Positions 31,559-41,438 of a stretch of 64,000 bases of DNA are shown piece after piece. Below the pieces are notes generated by a model, which saw only the letters and a list, made by a program, of their open reading frames with translations, searched no databases and was not told where the DNA came from. Location of the stretch: positions 4,896,001-4,960,000 of the forward strand of contig OY970166.1 in NCBI GenBank assembly GCA_963706595.1, in the 5' to 3' direction. This stretch comes from an uncultured cyanobacterium. GTDB lineage: Bacteria; Cyanobacteriota; Cyanobacteriia; Cyanobacteriales; Nostocaceae. The translations under genes and the position numbers were made by a program. Position 1 is the stretch's first letter. Each line of letters starts with the position of its first letter.

Positions 31559-33062
31559 ATGAGCGGACAAAATCAAAATCAGGGTAATTGCGAGGGGAGA
31601 TATTCCACATCTACAGATGAATATGCAAACGCAGACTCAACCGACTGGTTCGCCGATATTTTTGCAGATTTTGAGCCGCAGAACACCACAGACGGCAGCT
31701 ATAGGGGAACAATGGCGAAAATCAAAGCGACGGAATTACAGTATCAAGCAGTTTTTGAGCAGAAGTTAGTCGAAGCTAATACTAATTTAAAAAGGGAGAG
31801 AATAAGAGTTAGCATTAAACAAACTGGTAATTCTCTCCAATTACGAGCTACGCTACCGTTAAAACCAGGCGATGGCAGACTCAGGTAAAGAAAAAAAGCA
31901 GTATGATTTGTCTCTGGGGATACCAGCAAATTTAGAGGGACTGAAAACTGCAATTGAAGAAAGTTACGAATTGGGTAAATTAATCGCTCGTCATACTTTC
32001 CAGTGGAATGAGAAATATTTAGGAATTAAATCTAGAGAGAAGCAAGAAATAAAAACCATTGGTGAATTATTAGATACATTTGACGAAAAATATTATCAAA
32101 CCCGTCAGAGAACTATAACCAGTCAAAATACTTTTGCTAACTATATATCTGTAATTAAAAGAAACTTGCCTCTCACCCATTTAGCCACAAAAGATAATTT
32201 TGAGGAAATTATTAATTCATTTCAGGGGAATAAAAAAAATGAACTAATTGCGGTAACTTCTGTTTTGATTAAAACCTTTAATTTAGGATTTAAACTTGAT
32301 GTCACACGGGATAATGTCACCCCAGCCCATAGAGAAATTCCTGAAGATGATCAGATAATATCTGCTTTTGACCTATTTGAAAAATTCGCCCTCAACCGCA
32401 AAAATACCAATATTAGTGATGAAATTGACACTTGGGAAATGTGGCGTTGGGTATATGGAATGTTGGCGACTTTTGGGTTAAGACCAAGGGAACTATTTGT
32501 ACAACCAGATATTAATTGGTGGATGTCTCCCCAAAATATAGACCATACTTGGAAAGTGAATAAAAATACAAAAACTGGATATCGAGAAGTTATCCCCTTT
32601 GTACCTGAATGGATAGAATTATTTGATTTACAAAATCCCAAACCATTAAAGATTTTAGAGAAAAAGGTTACAAAAATCGCATCTGTGCAAAATATTAATT
32701 GGATGCGGAGAGATATATCCAGATGGTTTCGGAAAGTGGGTATTGAGTTTCAACCCTACGATTTACGGCATGGTTGCGCGATTAGATCGCATCTTCAGGG
32801 AATACCTATTAAGGCCGCAGCAGACAATTTGGGTCATACTGTTGATGAACATACAAAAACCTATCAAAGATGGTTTGGGATTGAAAACCGGAAAAAAGCC
32901 TTTGGTGAGGTAATTAGTCAAAAGTCTTTAATTGAGTTGCAGAAGAGTGAAATATTGGCGCTACGGACGGAGAATGAAAGGTTAAAGTTGGAAGTTGAAA
33001 AATTGAAATTTTTGGGTAACAAGAATTTAGAGGAGTGGGAACAGGTTTATCATCACGGGTAA
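31559..33062 (+). pseudogene. xisC: hupL element excisase XisC, +1 frameshift near 31879 (real or sequencing error)
   Basis: ORF 31559-31888 ends LQLRATLPLKPGDG; ORF 31872-33062 continues SGKEKKQYDLSL with intact FGLRPRE, YDLRH, LGHT...TY motifs; colinear with XisA in this window. Confidence 0.88.
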
Positions 33063-33066
33063 GAAC

Positions 33067-33135
33067 ATCTAGAAAATTCTGTATAATGTCCTAATTTGGA
33101 TGTTATTATACGGGAAATTTCTGGATATCAATGAT
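33067..33135 (+). promoter_or_regulatory. imperfect inverted repeat containing TGTATAAT, shared with 40219-40284
   Basis: TCTAGAAAATTCTGTATAAT...ATTATACGGGAAATTTCTGGA. Confidence 0.5.
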
Positions 33136-33255
33136 AAATCTAACGAAAAGCTTCTACTTATGTACAAAAAATGAGGTACACTTTATTTTGAGACATAAAG
33201 TAGCAATCAAAAACCAATATTAGAATGTAACTCATAATAAAGGAATCTGCTGTAT

Positions 33256-34290
33256 ATGACATTGAAGAACAGATTTGTTAAAGTTCTAGAGCAAACAAAG
33301 GGTGAACGGGAAATACACAATTTCTTGAAGAAAGAACCTTTACTTGTTTGGGCAACTTTTATGAATTGTGGGGGACATTCTGATTATGTCATTTCTGAGT
33401 TCTCTTTAAGTGGAAAATATCGTGCTGACTTTGTTGTAATGCAATCGTTTTCTGGAGGCTGGAATGTTGCATTTATAGAGTTAGAGCCAGTTGATTTAAA
33501 ACCTTTCAAAAATGATGGAAGTCCATCTGACAGATTAGATGGTGCTATAAAGCAGATTAATAACTGGCGCAATTTTGAGGAAGATGAGGGACCATCTTTG
33601 CGTTCACACTTAGCCGATATAGCTAAAAAGCATGATATGTTGTATCCTGAACACAATCTGGCGCGAGAACCGTGGTGTGTCAAGATGCCACTACGCGATC
33701 CTAGAACCTATTTGTGCTGCGAATATTTTATCGTTATGGGGAGACGTAGCCACTTTGATGAAGAGCTTATCCATGTAAAATCAAAATTTGTTCGACATCA
33801 CAATGCTAAAATACTAACCTATGACCGTTTCATAGACGTTGCTGAGAAGTTAAACCAACGAAATGAATACTACAAAAGCAGAAAGATAGAAAAAGAAGAC
33901 AAAGATTTTCTAGAGCAGTTTGCTGAAAATCCAGAACAATTTAGTATTTTTGATAATAGAAATATTGATAAGTATCCAAGTGAGATAAATGTTCATGGAA
34001 CTTGCTACAAGGTACAGCTTATCGAGGAAAGAGATGGTTGTGTAGTCAATATTCTCGGTACTTCCTATGAAATTTTTGAAGATCGGCGTACATTTAGTCT
34101 CAACCGAATCGAGCCTGATGGTTTAGGGTTAACCGTAGCGGTCAGTATAGAGTCTTTGGCTGCCGCAATACAACTTGCTGAAATTTATGAGCGACTCATC
34201 TACTTTCACATAGATACCAAGCACTCGCTTGACTTTGTAGATGAATGTTTACAGCCTTTAAGAGAAAATCCACCGTATAAAATCGAGTAG
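33256..34290 (+). CDS. DUF4263 / Shedu-like PD-(D/E)XK nuclease with C-terminal extension
   Basis: EREIHNFLK, EF.L...YRADFV, FIELE, AIKQI..W, IVMGRR, ILTYD pattern. Confidence 0.75.
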   Translation: MTLKNRFVKVLEQTKGEREIHNFLKKEPLLVWATFMNCGGHSDYVISEFSLSGKYRADFVVMQSFSGGWNVAFIELEPVDLKPFKNDGSPSDRLDGAIKQINNWRNFEEDEGPSLRSHLADIAKKHDMLYPEHNLAREPWCVKMPLRDPRTYLCCEYFIVMGRRSHFDEELIHVKSKFVRHHNAKILTYDRFIDVAEKLNQRNEYYKSRKIEKEDKDFLEQFAENPEQFSIFDNRNIDKYPSEINVHGTCYKVQLIEERDGCVVNILGTSYEIFEDRRTFSLNRIEPDGLGLTVAVSIESLAAAIQLAEIYERLIYFHIDTKHSLDFVDECLQPLRENPPYKIE

Positions 34291-34309
34291 GCGATCGCTA
34301 ATCTTGTAG
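34291..34309 (+). repeat. 19-bp direct repeat GCGATCGCTAATCTTGTAG (second copy 35510-35528)
   Basis: Exact copies flank the DUF4352-like gene. Confidence 0.85.
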
Positions 34310-34537
34310 TGGCGTGACAAGCTTAAAATGTTGCAAAAAAATTGTAGGTTGGGTTGACGTAAGGAAACCCAACATCATTGGTCGCGTTGGGTTGCTTAAG
34401 TCTGGTTGTGGGTGGTAGTTCAGAATTCTAGGTTAGGACATTAAAGCTTGAAGACGTTAGTTCATAATTCAGCGTGGGAACAATGATTCTATACATACTG
34501 AATTACGGCTTACTCAAAAGACAGCGAGGTTATCGGC

Positions 34538-35459
34538 ATGGTTGGCTTTACAGACAAATTCAAATCTCTTGTAAATCAGGCACAGCAAAAGATCACAGAG
34601 GTCCAGAGCAATGAACAGTTAAAAGATTTAGTTGGTCAGGTACAAAAGAAGGTTTCGGAGTACTCAGATATTGCTCAGACGAAGCTAGAAGAGTACAAAG
34701 CAAACTTAGAAAAGCAAAGATTTGAAACTGCTGCTGCTCACGCATCTACTCACAAGTACCAGAAAGCGATTAATACTCTAAAGGCGATTCCTGCTTCATC
34801 CGAATTGTACGAGGAGGCGCAACAGAAAATTGTAGAGTATGTCAACGCTTCGGCTGAATATGTGATTCAGCAAGCAACTCAAATGATCGAGCAAGGTCTT
34901 TACAATGAAGCAATTGCCTCTCTAAAAACAATTCCTGAAGAAGCCGTCTCATATATAGCAGTTCAGGAAAAGATTTCTGAATATGTAAATGCGTTTGAGT
35001 CGCTAATCAAAAAGCACAAGAATCTTATTCCCATACTTTACAGTGGGAGGATTATTGCAGCAGCTTTTGTGGATCAAACCATCCATTCAGTCGGCAAGAT
35101 TGAGCGATCATGCCTCATTTATAACTCGCTTGGAAGTACATACGCCGATGGAGAATTCCTCATTATTCGACTCATCCTTCGGAATGATGGTAAGAAAGCT
35201 CGCACGATTTCGGCTTCAATGATGAACATAGTTGACTCCCAAGAACGTGAGTACAGTGTTTCTAGCAAGGGGACGACAGACTCTTCAAATGAAAGGAGAT
35301 CAAACCGTTGAGTTTTTGGCTAGTGAGATTCAGCCAGGGTTACAAAAAACGATTACTATCGTATTTGATGTGCCTGTGGGAGCAAACAGTTTGAGCTTGA
35401 AAGTACCTAGCAATGGTTGGGGAGGTTCAGCAATTTTGCCTTTGTCGTTAGCTGTTTGA
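34538..35459 (+). pseudogene. helical-repeat + DUF4352-like protein, +1 frameshift near 35280
   Basis: ADGEFLII.L...N.GK, VDSQEREY in frame A; EIQPGL......VFDVP in frame B. Confidence 0.7.
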
Positions 35460-35626
35460 AATTCACATGGATGCTACATTAAAACGAGACAAGTCGCAAC
35501 CTAACAAGTGCGATCGCTAATCTTGTAGGGGGCATTACATTTCATTAATGTACCTTTTTGATGCTTATTATTTATGCAACACGCTTTTTTGCTAAACTAT
35601 AATCAGGGAAACAGCAAGATGAGATT

Positions 35627-35866
35627 ATGAACTTAGATACAATTCAACAAGATATTGCGTCTCTTCCTCCCGATGCACAACTAATCATAGTGGAACTCGT
35701 AGAAGTCCTGAAAAAACGCTACCTTTTGAATCAACACGAATCTTCAGAAAATTCCTCGCAAGACTGGTCAGACTTTATCGGTTGCATAGAAGCTGAAACA
35801 GACCTCTCAAAAAACCATAAAAACTACTTAGACCGTGAACTTAACCAAAAATATGATCATAGTTGA
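35627..35866 (+). CDS. putative antitoxin
   Basis: Small ORF overlapping a PIN gene; similar layout to 27475-27750. Confidence 0.72.
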   Translation: MNLDTIQQDIASLPPDAQLIIVELVEVLKKRYLLNQHESSENSSQDWSDFIGCIEAETDLSKNHKNYLDRELNQKYDHS

Positions 35867-36278
35867 TACAGGCTTTTGGTTAGCTCTTGCTAATAAAAAA
35901 GATGCAGTTCATATATCCGCCAAAAAACGATTTCAAGATTTAGCTAATCAGCAATTTATTACAACCTGGTGCGTCGTCACGGAAACCTGCTATCTATTAC
36001 AAAAAAGAGTAGGAGTAGATGCTCCAAAAATCTTTATTCATAAAATTTCTACAGGAAAGCTACAAATCTTTGATCTCAAACAACATCATTGCCAGCGTAT
36101 TGAAGAACTGATGGAAAAATATAAAGACTTACCGATGGATTTAGCCGATTCCTCTCTCGTTATCCTGGCAGAAGAATTAGGCCATGGCCAAATTTTATCG
36201 GTTGATTATCGAGACTTCAACACCTATCGCTGGAAAAATACAGAACCGTTCGATAACCTCTTTCAGGAATTTTTATGA
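35853..36278 (+). CDS. VapC-like PIN domain toxin
   Basis: MIIVDTGF, VVTET, MDLADSS, SVDYRDF. Confidence 0.9.
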   Translation: MIIVDTGFWLALANKKDAVHISAKKRFQDLANQQFITTWCVVTETCYLLQKRVGVDAPKIFIHKISTGKLQIFDLKQHHCQRIEELMEKYKDLPMDLADSSLVILAEELGHGQILSVDYRDFNTYRWKNTEPFDNLFQEFL

Positions 36279-36371
36279 CGTAGTGCGATCTCTATTCCTT
36301 CGGAACGCTACGCACTTGAAAAAATAATTGCGACAGAAACAACCAAGCACACTAAGATTCAGTGTTATTCT

Positions 36372-36740
36372 TCAGGCAGCTTTTTGAGAATTTTCAGAGG
36401 ATGGTTCAGCCAGCATCGGTTCAATATCCTGGCTTTTGTCTCTTTGGATAAATTCATCTAGTAATTGAAAAAAGTAATCAAATGCAGCTTTTTCATCAAT
36501 ACAGGTGAGTAAAATAATTTTATCCCAAGCGTTAACAGTATGGATAGATAAGCGGTTTTGTAGCCAAGGTTGAAAGTTTTTATAAAAATCACTTTCAGTT
36601 TCAGTATTAGTAATACCTAATTCAGAGCGAGAAAAGCGATATCCCAAAATAAACATCCGTAAATTACTAATAGATGCTGTTCCCAAATATAAGCCTGGTT
36701 TAGTTTTAATTTTTTCCAGTAAATTAAATAATGCACTCAT
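36372..36740 (-). CDS. hypothetical protein, candidate immunity partner
   Basis: Directly downstream of the papain-fold toxin; KPGLYLG...F..WL...W motif. Confidence 0.65.
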   Translation of the reverse strand: MSALFNLLEKIKTKPGLYLGTASISNLRMFILGYRFSRSELGITNTETESDFYKNFQPWLQNRLSIHTVNAWDKIILLTCIDEKAAFDYFFQLLDEFIQRDKSQDIEPMLAEPSSENSQKAA

Positions 36741-36764
36741 TCAGTTTAACTCCATTAAACATTT

Positions 36765-37148
36765 TCAAAATTCTTCTATTACTTCTATTTTAAACTCATT
36801 AGATAGAGAAGTAAAATCTTGAATCCAGTCATCTGGGTATAGTCCTTGTGGGGAAAGATTGTCGAAAATTTTGCCAAAAACTTCAACACCGTAATGAACG
36901 CCATTTTCCGTAATAGTTTCAAAGCAACCTTGTTTTTCCAGGCGATTACTCAAAATAAAGTCTTCATTGTCGTATATGGTCGAAAGTCGCCAAAGTTTAC
37001 CAGGAATTTTACGTTGTTGTAGCCACTGTTTGAGTGTCTTGGCACATTTTTGGCAATGAAGTAATGGAAATCGAATGACAAGATTACCAATTGCTTGATG
37101 AATTTCAGCAATGGCTAAATCATCCGGTAAATTATTCAGAAACAGCAC
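36765..37148 (-). CDS. papain-fold toxin (Tox-PL-2-like)
   Basis: C..CA, NGVHYGVEV, IFDN catalytic-type C/H/D. Confidence 0.7.
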   Translation of the reverse strand: MLFLNNLPDDLAIAEIHQAIGNLVIRFPLLHCQKCAKTLKQWLQQRKIPGKLWRLSTIYDNEDFILSNRLEKQGCFETITENGVHYGVEVFGKIFDNLSPQGLYPDDWIQDFTSLSNEFKIEVIEEF

Positions 37149-37338
37149 CTCCTAAAAAATGTTGATCTTATTTTAGTCTTGGATAAACTATTCATAAGTA
37201 GTCGTGCAAAATAAATTTTATATTTGGGAGAGGGAACAGATAAGGAATACAGAGATTTTTGTTTCTTCCGAAAATGTTAAATTAATTTTGCTCAGGTTGA
37301 CTTGTCAGTTCGCTCAATATCCATTTTCTTGTGCTTCC

Positions 37339-37788
37339 TTAATTGCGATCGCTAGTATTGCGAGCAGTAAATTTCAAACATAATACTTGCTGCCCAGTAG
37401 GCTCGTGCAATTTCTCTTCTAGATGCTCAAAACCGTACCGAGAGTAAAATTTCCGACCAATTGAGTTTTCTTTAAATACCTCAACCACTAGGTCGCCGTG
37501 TAATTCTTGTGCTTTATCCATTAGGGCTTTTCCCACACCCTTGCCGTGGTAATCTGGCTGTAGGAATATGGCTCCCACCTCGTTGCCCATTAGTGCAATA
37601 AAGCCCTCAACATTACCGTCGATATCTGCAACCCATGTATCTGTATTAGGTATGTATATTTCAGCTACGTTTATTCGCTCTTGAGCTATAAATTCGTCAG
37701 TCATAAACGGATGTGCTAATCGAGTTGCTATTTCCCAAGAGGAGAGAACAGCATCTAAGTCAGAATTTTCATATTGTCGGATCTTCAC
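37339..37788 (-). CDS. GNAT acetyltransferase
   Basis: HGKGVGKALM, N..GRKFY.RYGF. Confidence 0.9.
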   Translation of the reverse strand: MKIRQYENSDLDAVLSSWEIATRLAHPFMTDEFIAQERINVAEIYIPNTDTWVADIDGNVEGFIALMGNEVGAIFLQPDYHGKGVGKALMDKAQELHGDLVVEVFKENSIGRKFYSRYGFEHLEEKLHEPTGQQVLCLKFTARNTSDRN

Positions 37789-37865
37789 GAATCTATTTCC
37801 TTGTAAAACTTTTGACGATTTTTAGTTATGATGATTCATCATTATATCTATCTTAGGAGAATATA

Positions 37866-37891
37866 GCGAAGCGCTGCTGCAAGCAGATCGC
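37866..37891. repeat. short insertion within a HIP1 site (SDR5-like)
   Basis: GCG-AAGCGCTGCTGCAAGCAG-ATCGC. Confidence 0.55.
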
Positions 37892-37964
37892 CGATTTTGT
37901 AGGGTGCGTTAATGGAATGTAACGCACCTTATTACGTTTTCATCAAACAGTAATTTCATGCTGA

Positions 37965-38186
37965 TCAGGTCGAAATCATCAGCCGACATTCACGGTCAGC
38001 CGCATAAGCAATACAAGCTTTTAAATCTTCTCGCGTCAGGTAGGGAAAATCATCAAGAATTTCCGCTTCACTCATCTCGGAAGCTAGGTATTCAAGCACC
38101 TCATAAACTGTAATTCGCAAGCCACGTACACAAGGCTTACCACCGCGTTTATTCGCTTCGATGGTGATATAGTTTCTGTAATCCAT
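37965..38186 (-). CDS. DUF433 family antitoxin (orphan)
   Basis: KRGGKPCVRGLRITVYEVLEYLA...DFPYLTREDLKAC. Confidence 0.88.
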   Translation of the reverse strand: MDYRNYITIEANKRGGKPCVRGLRITVYEVLEYLASEMSEAEILDDFPYLTREDLKACIAYAADRECRLMIST

Positions 38187-38482
38187 AATGTGGCTATGCA
38201 TTCTTGCCAACTTCTTTGATTTTACCATGTATTTCTGCTAAAAACTCAATAAATCAATACTTCTATACTCAGGGATAAATGTAACTATTTTAATCATTTT
38301 ATCGTTATTTGCGTATTTATATTGAGAAAAAAGCGGGTTTATATTCCAATAGTAAGAAAATAATTATACTTAACCACTTGCGTTGGACTTCCCCTAATTG
38401 CGATCAGCGTTCGCGGAGCGTGTCCCCTTGGGATTCAGCTTTACACCAAAGGCGATCGCCTATTTATTTCCAGTCCAAACAC

Positions 38483-40033
38483 TCACGCCCGAATCACAGT
38501 AATCCGACGTTGATTTTCCGTCACCACAACCTGAGTTGATAAACGTTCTTCCATTGGTAGGGCATTTTTACGCCTATCAAATACAAATAACCAACCAAAA
38601 TCTAACCCCAAACGGGCTAAATAGGATTCTAACTGCTCAATACCCTCAGCTTGGGGGTCACGCTTTTTCTCCCGCCATACCTTTAACTCAATACCTAACG
38701 TTACACCTTTGTAACGCAGACATAAATCCATTCTGTCACTACCAATTGCATACTCCCTTTCCAAGATTCCACCACCATTGACAACACGATGCAAGAAAGC
38801 CATTAATACTATGTGGGGAGCAATTTCATGGTAGGCAGCGCTACTTAATAACGGTTCTCCGTGCTGTCGCCAAAATTTGATAAATGCTTCCAACAAAGCA
38901 TCTATATTTAATTCACCTCTTGGGGTCAACCAACTAGGACTAATATGAGGTAAACTATCCTGAGTTCCTTGCACTAAAACGCGGGGAATGACTTCACGAT
39001 AAATGGGGTTAGAAATAACCAATCCCCCCGCAGGATCACGTCGCAATAATCCTAAATCAATTAAATATTGGCGATCATCCGCTAGGGTATCGGGTAATGT
39101 TTGTCCTGCTAAAATCGGTTCAATAATATTTTTAACTCGTTTTTCTCTAAGTTTTTCAGCTAGACTATCCAAATGAGTATCTTGACGAGCAATTAATATT
39201 TCCTTAGCCTGTAGAATATGTTCTTTGGTAATAGCAATACTTCTATCCTTAACCATTTTTTCCACAACTTCTTTAGCAAGAGCATTCACTAACCAAGGTT
39301 GTCCTTGGGTTAAATCAAAAGCTGTTGCTGTGGCTTCAGGAGTGAAAATTTGTCCGGTTTCTTCTGTATGTTGGTGATATAGTTCTACAACTTCCTCAGC
39401 ATTAAAATTTCTCAGAGTAATGGAAGTAACTTTAATATTAAAAGGACTAGATGTATTTAATCTGTCACTACCACCCGATGCCACCTTATAATCCCGCACA
39501 TCCCGTAAACCAATTAATCCCACCGATGAAGGAAAATTTTCTGGACGACTGCGATAGCCATCTCGTAACTGTCTTAAAACTGAAATTAGTGTTTGGTCTT
39601 GTAGCGAATCAATTTCATCTATAAATAATAGTAACGGACGATTTATAGCTCGTGACCAAGCTCTTAAATTTTCGCCAATTCTCTGCCCAGGAACATTATA
39701 AACCCAAGTTGAGGGTTGTAGTTCTGGGGGTAAGCTATCCTCAATTGTATTCCGCCAAGTTCCCAAAATCGCTAATTCTGCTGCACCTGGGTCATGATTA
39801 AAAGCACTTCCCACCTCTACTGATACCATTACTGCTGCATAACGTCCTGTAGCGGTAAGTTGCTGTGCTAGGGCTAACATTGCTGTGGTTTTCCCTGTTT
39901 GTCGCGGTGCATGAAGGACAAAATAACTTTCTTGTTCAATCAGCATTGATAAGTCAGGGAGACGACTTGTTGCTGGGAGTGTATAGTGTTTTTCAGGTTT
40001 ACATGGACCTGCAATATTGAACCAGCGAGACAT
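38483..40033 (-). CDS. AAA ATPase with C-terminal PD-(D/E)XK nuclease-like domain, copy 1
   Basis: HAPRQTGKTT Walker A, LFIDEID Walker B, EY...RMDL...IELK. Confidence 0.88.
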   Translation of the reverse strand: MSRWFNIAGPCKPEKHYTLPATSRLPDLSMLIEQESYFVLHAPRQTGKTTAMLALAQQLTATGRYAAVMVSVEVGSAFNHDPGAAELAILGTWRNTIEDSLPPELQPSTWVYNVPGQRIGENLRAWSRAINRPLLLFIDEIDSLQDQTLISVLRQLRDGYRSRPENFPSSVGLIGLRDVRDYKVASGGSDRLNTSSPFNIKVTSITLRNFNAEEVVELYHQHTEETGQIFTPEATATAFDLTQGQPWLVNALAKEVVEKMVKDRSIAITKEHILQAKEILIARQDTHLDSLAEKLREKRVKNIIEPILAGQTLPDTLADDRQYLIDLGLLRRDPAGGLVISNPIYREVIPRVLVQGTQDSLPHISPSWLTPRGELNIDALLEAFIKFWRQHGEPLLSSAAYHEIAPHIVLMAFLHRVVNGGGILEREYAIGSDRMDLCLRYKGVTLGIELKVWREKKRDPQAEGIEQLESYLARLGLDFGWLFVFDRRKNALPMEERLSTQVVVTENQRRITVIRA

Positions 40034-40218
40034 GGCATTTTAGCAGTTAGCGAACTATTTCAGTTTAGACGATTTTAGGGTTGGGGATGGCAAAAAGGGC
40101 TAAGTGGGGATTTTTGTTTGTTTAAACATCGGGTAGATATACCGAATCATTCCGTTTATTACCCGGAAAAGGATAATAGCCAGAAAATTTATTGCTATCC
40201 AGCCAGATTTAGGTAGTT

Positions 40219-40284
40219 ATCTGGAAATTTTCTGTATAATAGGTGGATATTGACGATATACGGAAAAGTTCTTGATATCTTGAT
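40219..40284 (+). promoter_or_regulatory. imperfect inverted repeat containing TGTATAAT, shared with 33067-33135
   Basis: TCTGGAAATTTTCTGTATAAT...TATACGGAAAAGTTCTTGA. Confidence 0.5.
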
Positions 40285-40319
40285 GTACAGCCGTACAAGT
40301 TATACATATAAGCAAAGAG

Positions 40320-41411
40320 ATGGAAAACATTATATTAAGTTTGCTAGATAATGGCATAGATTATATTCTTGAGGCAGTACGTCCATTATTTATTAATCGT
40401 CTTGAATCTGAACACTTTCTTAAATATTCCATATTACATCTCTACTCAGGAATTGAATTATTACTAAAAGAAAAACTTAGACAAGAACATTGGAGCTTAA
40501 TCTTTCAAGATGTTAGTAGTGCAGATCCCAGGAAGCTTCAAAGTGGTGATTTTGTAAGTATCTATCATGATGAGTTGGTGAAAAGGCTTAAGGGTATTCT
40601 AAATATTGATATTAACGACAAACCATTTAAAATGCTTCGAGCCTTAAGAAATAGATTTGAGCATTTTGAGGTAAAAGTATCTATTAGTGAATGTAAAGAA
40701 ATTATTGCTTCTGCATTAGATGAAATTATAAGCTTCTGGGATAAACACCTAATTGAAAATAGTACGGTTGAACAACAAAAAAAATTTGGGCAGATAAAAT
40801 CAATTGCAACTAGTTATGAAGAATATAAACGACAAAGGCTAAAAAAATTCGAGCCAGTAATTAATGGGATTACTGAAAGTGAGAATGGAATTCTTGTTGT
40901 ATGTCCGAGTTGTCTGTCACTTGGTTTCGTAGTCTTTAAGGATGCTCATAAAGATTGTAAGTGTTTTGTCTGTGATGAAAAAATTGCCAAAATTGATTAT
41001 TTTAATAATACAAGAAAACAAGAGAATGATAAGGAAGAATTTTCATTTTTACCATTTGAACCATACGATACAAAATGCTCATCTTGTGGTTCAGAAACAA
41101 GAATAAGAGATAAAATTTCAGATGATGAAACTGTGTATTATTGCTTGAACTGTCTTGATACACAAGTCATCTCAAAACAAGAGCAAAGAAATAAAGAGCT
41201 TAATGAATGGGTTGAGAGGTTGTATGCTGAACATACAAAAGACGAAGCTAGGTCGATATTGGAAAATAAGATATTTGAATTGGAAGAAAGTCTAATAGAA
41301 TCAGGTTCTATTAGTAGAGAAGAAGTGGAAAGGGAAAGACAAGTCAGAAAAGAATCATATCGTATTGCTCTTTTGGAAGAGTTAGAAAAAAGAAGAGGTT
41401 TTGAAGTGTGA
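40320..41411 (+). CDS. HEPN-like domain protein with four CxxC motifs
   Basis: GIELLLK and RNRFEH (RxxxxH); CPSC, CFVC, CSSC, CLNC. Confidence 0.7.
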   Translation: MENIILSLLDNGIDYILEAVRPLFINRLESEHFLKYSILHLYSGIELLLKEKLRQEHWSLIFQDVSSADPRKLQSGDFVSIYHDELVKRLKGILNIDINDKPFKMLRALRNRFEHFEVKVSISECKEIIASALDEIISFWDKHLIENSTVEQQKKFGQIKSIATSYEEYKRQRLKKFEPVINGITESENGILVVCPSCLSLGFVVFKDAHKDCKCFVCDEKIAKIDYFNNTRKQENDKEEFSFLPFEPYDTKCSSCGSETRIRDKISDDETVYYCLNCLDTQVISKQEQRNKELNEWVERLYAEHTKDEARSILENKIFELEESLIESGSISREEVERERQVRKESYRIALLEELEKRRGFEV

Positions 41412-41438
41412 TTGCCAACCTACTCCTTATCAAAATAC

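Noticed and set aside
35495..35530. Integron attC site (CCTAACAA after a stop codon)
   Set aside because: No matching GTTRRRY end or attC hairpin found, and no IntI-type integrase in the window
40284..40296. LexA box (GTAC-N4-GTAC) upstream of the HEPN gene
   Set aside because: Deviates from the cyanobacterial RGTACNNNDGTWCB consensus at several positions; too weak to call
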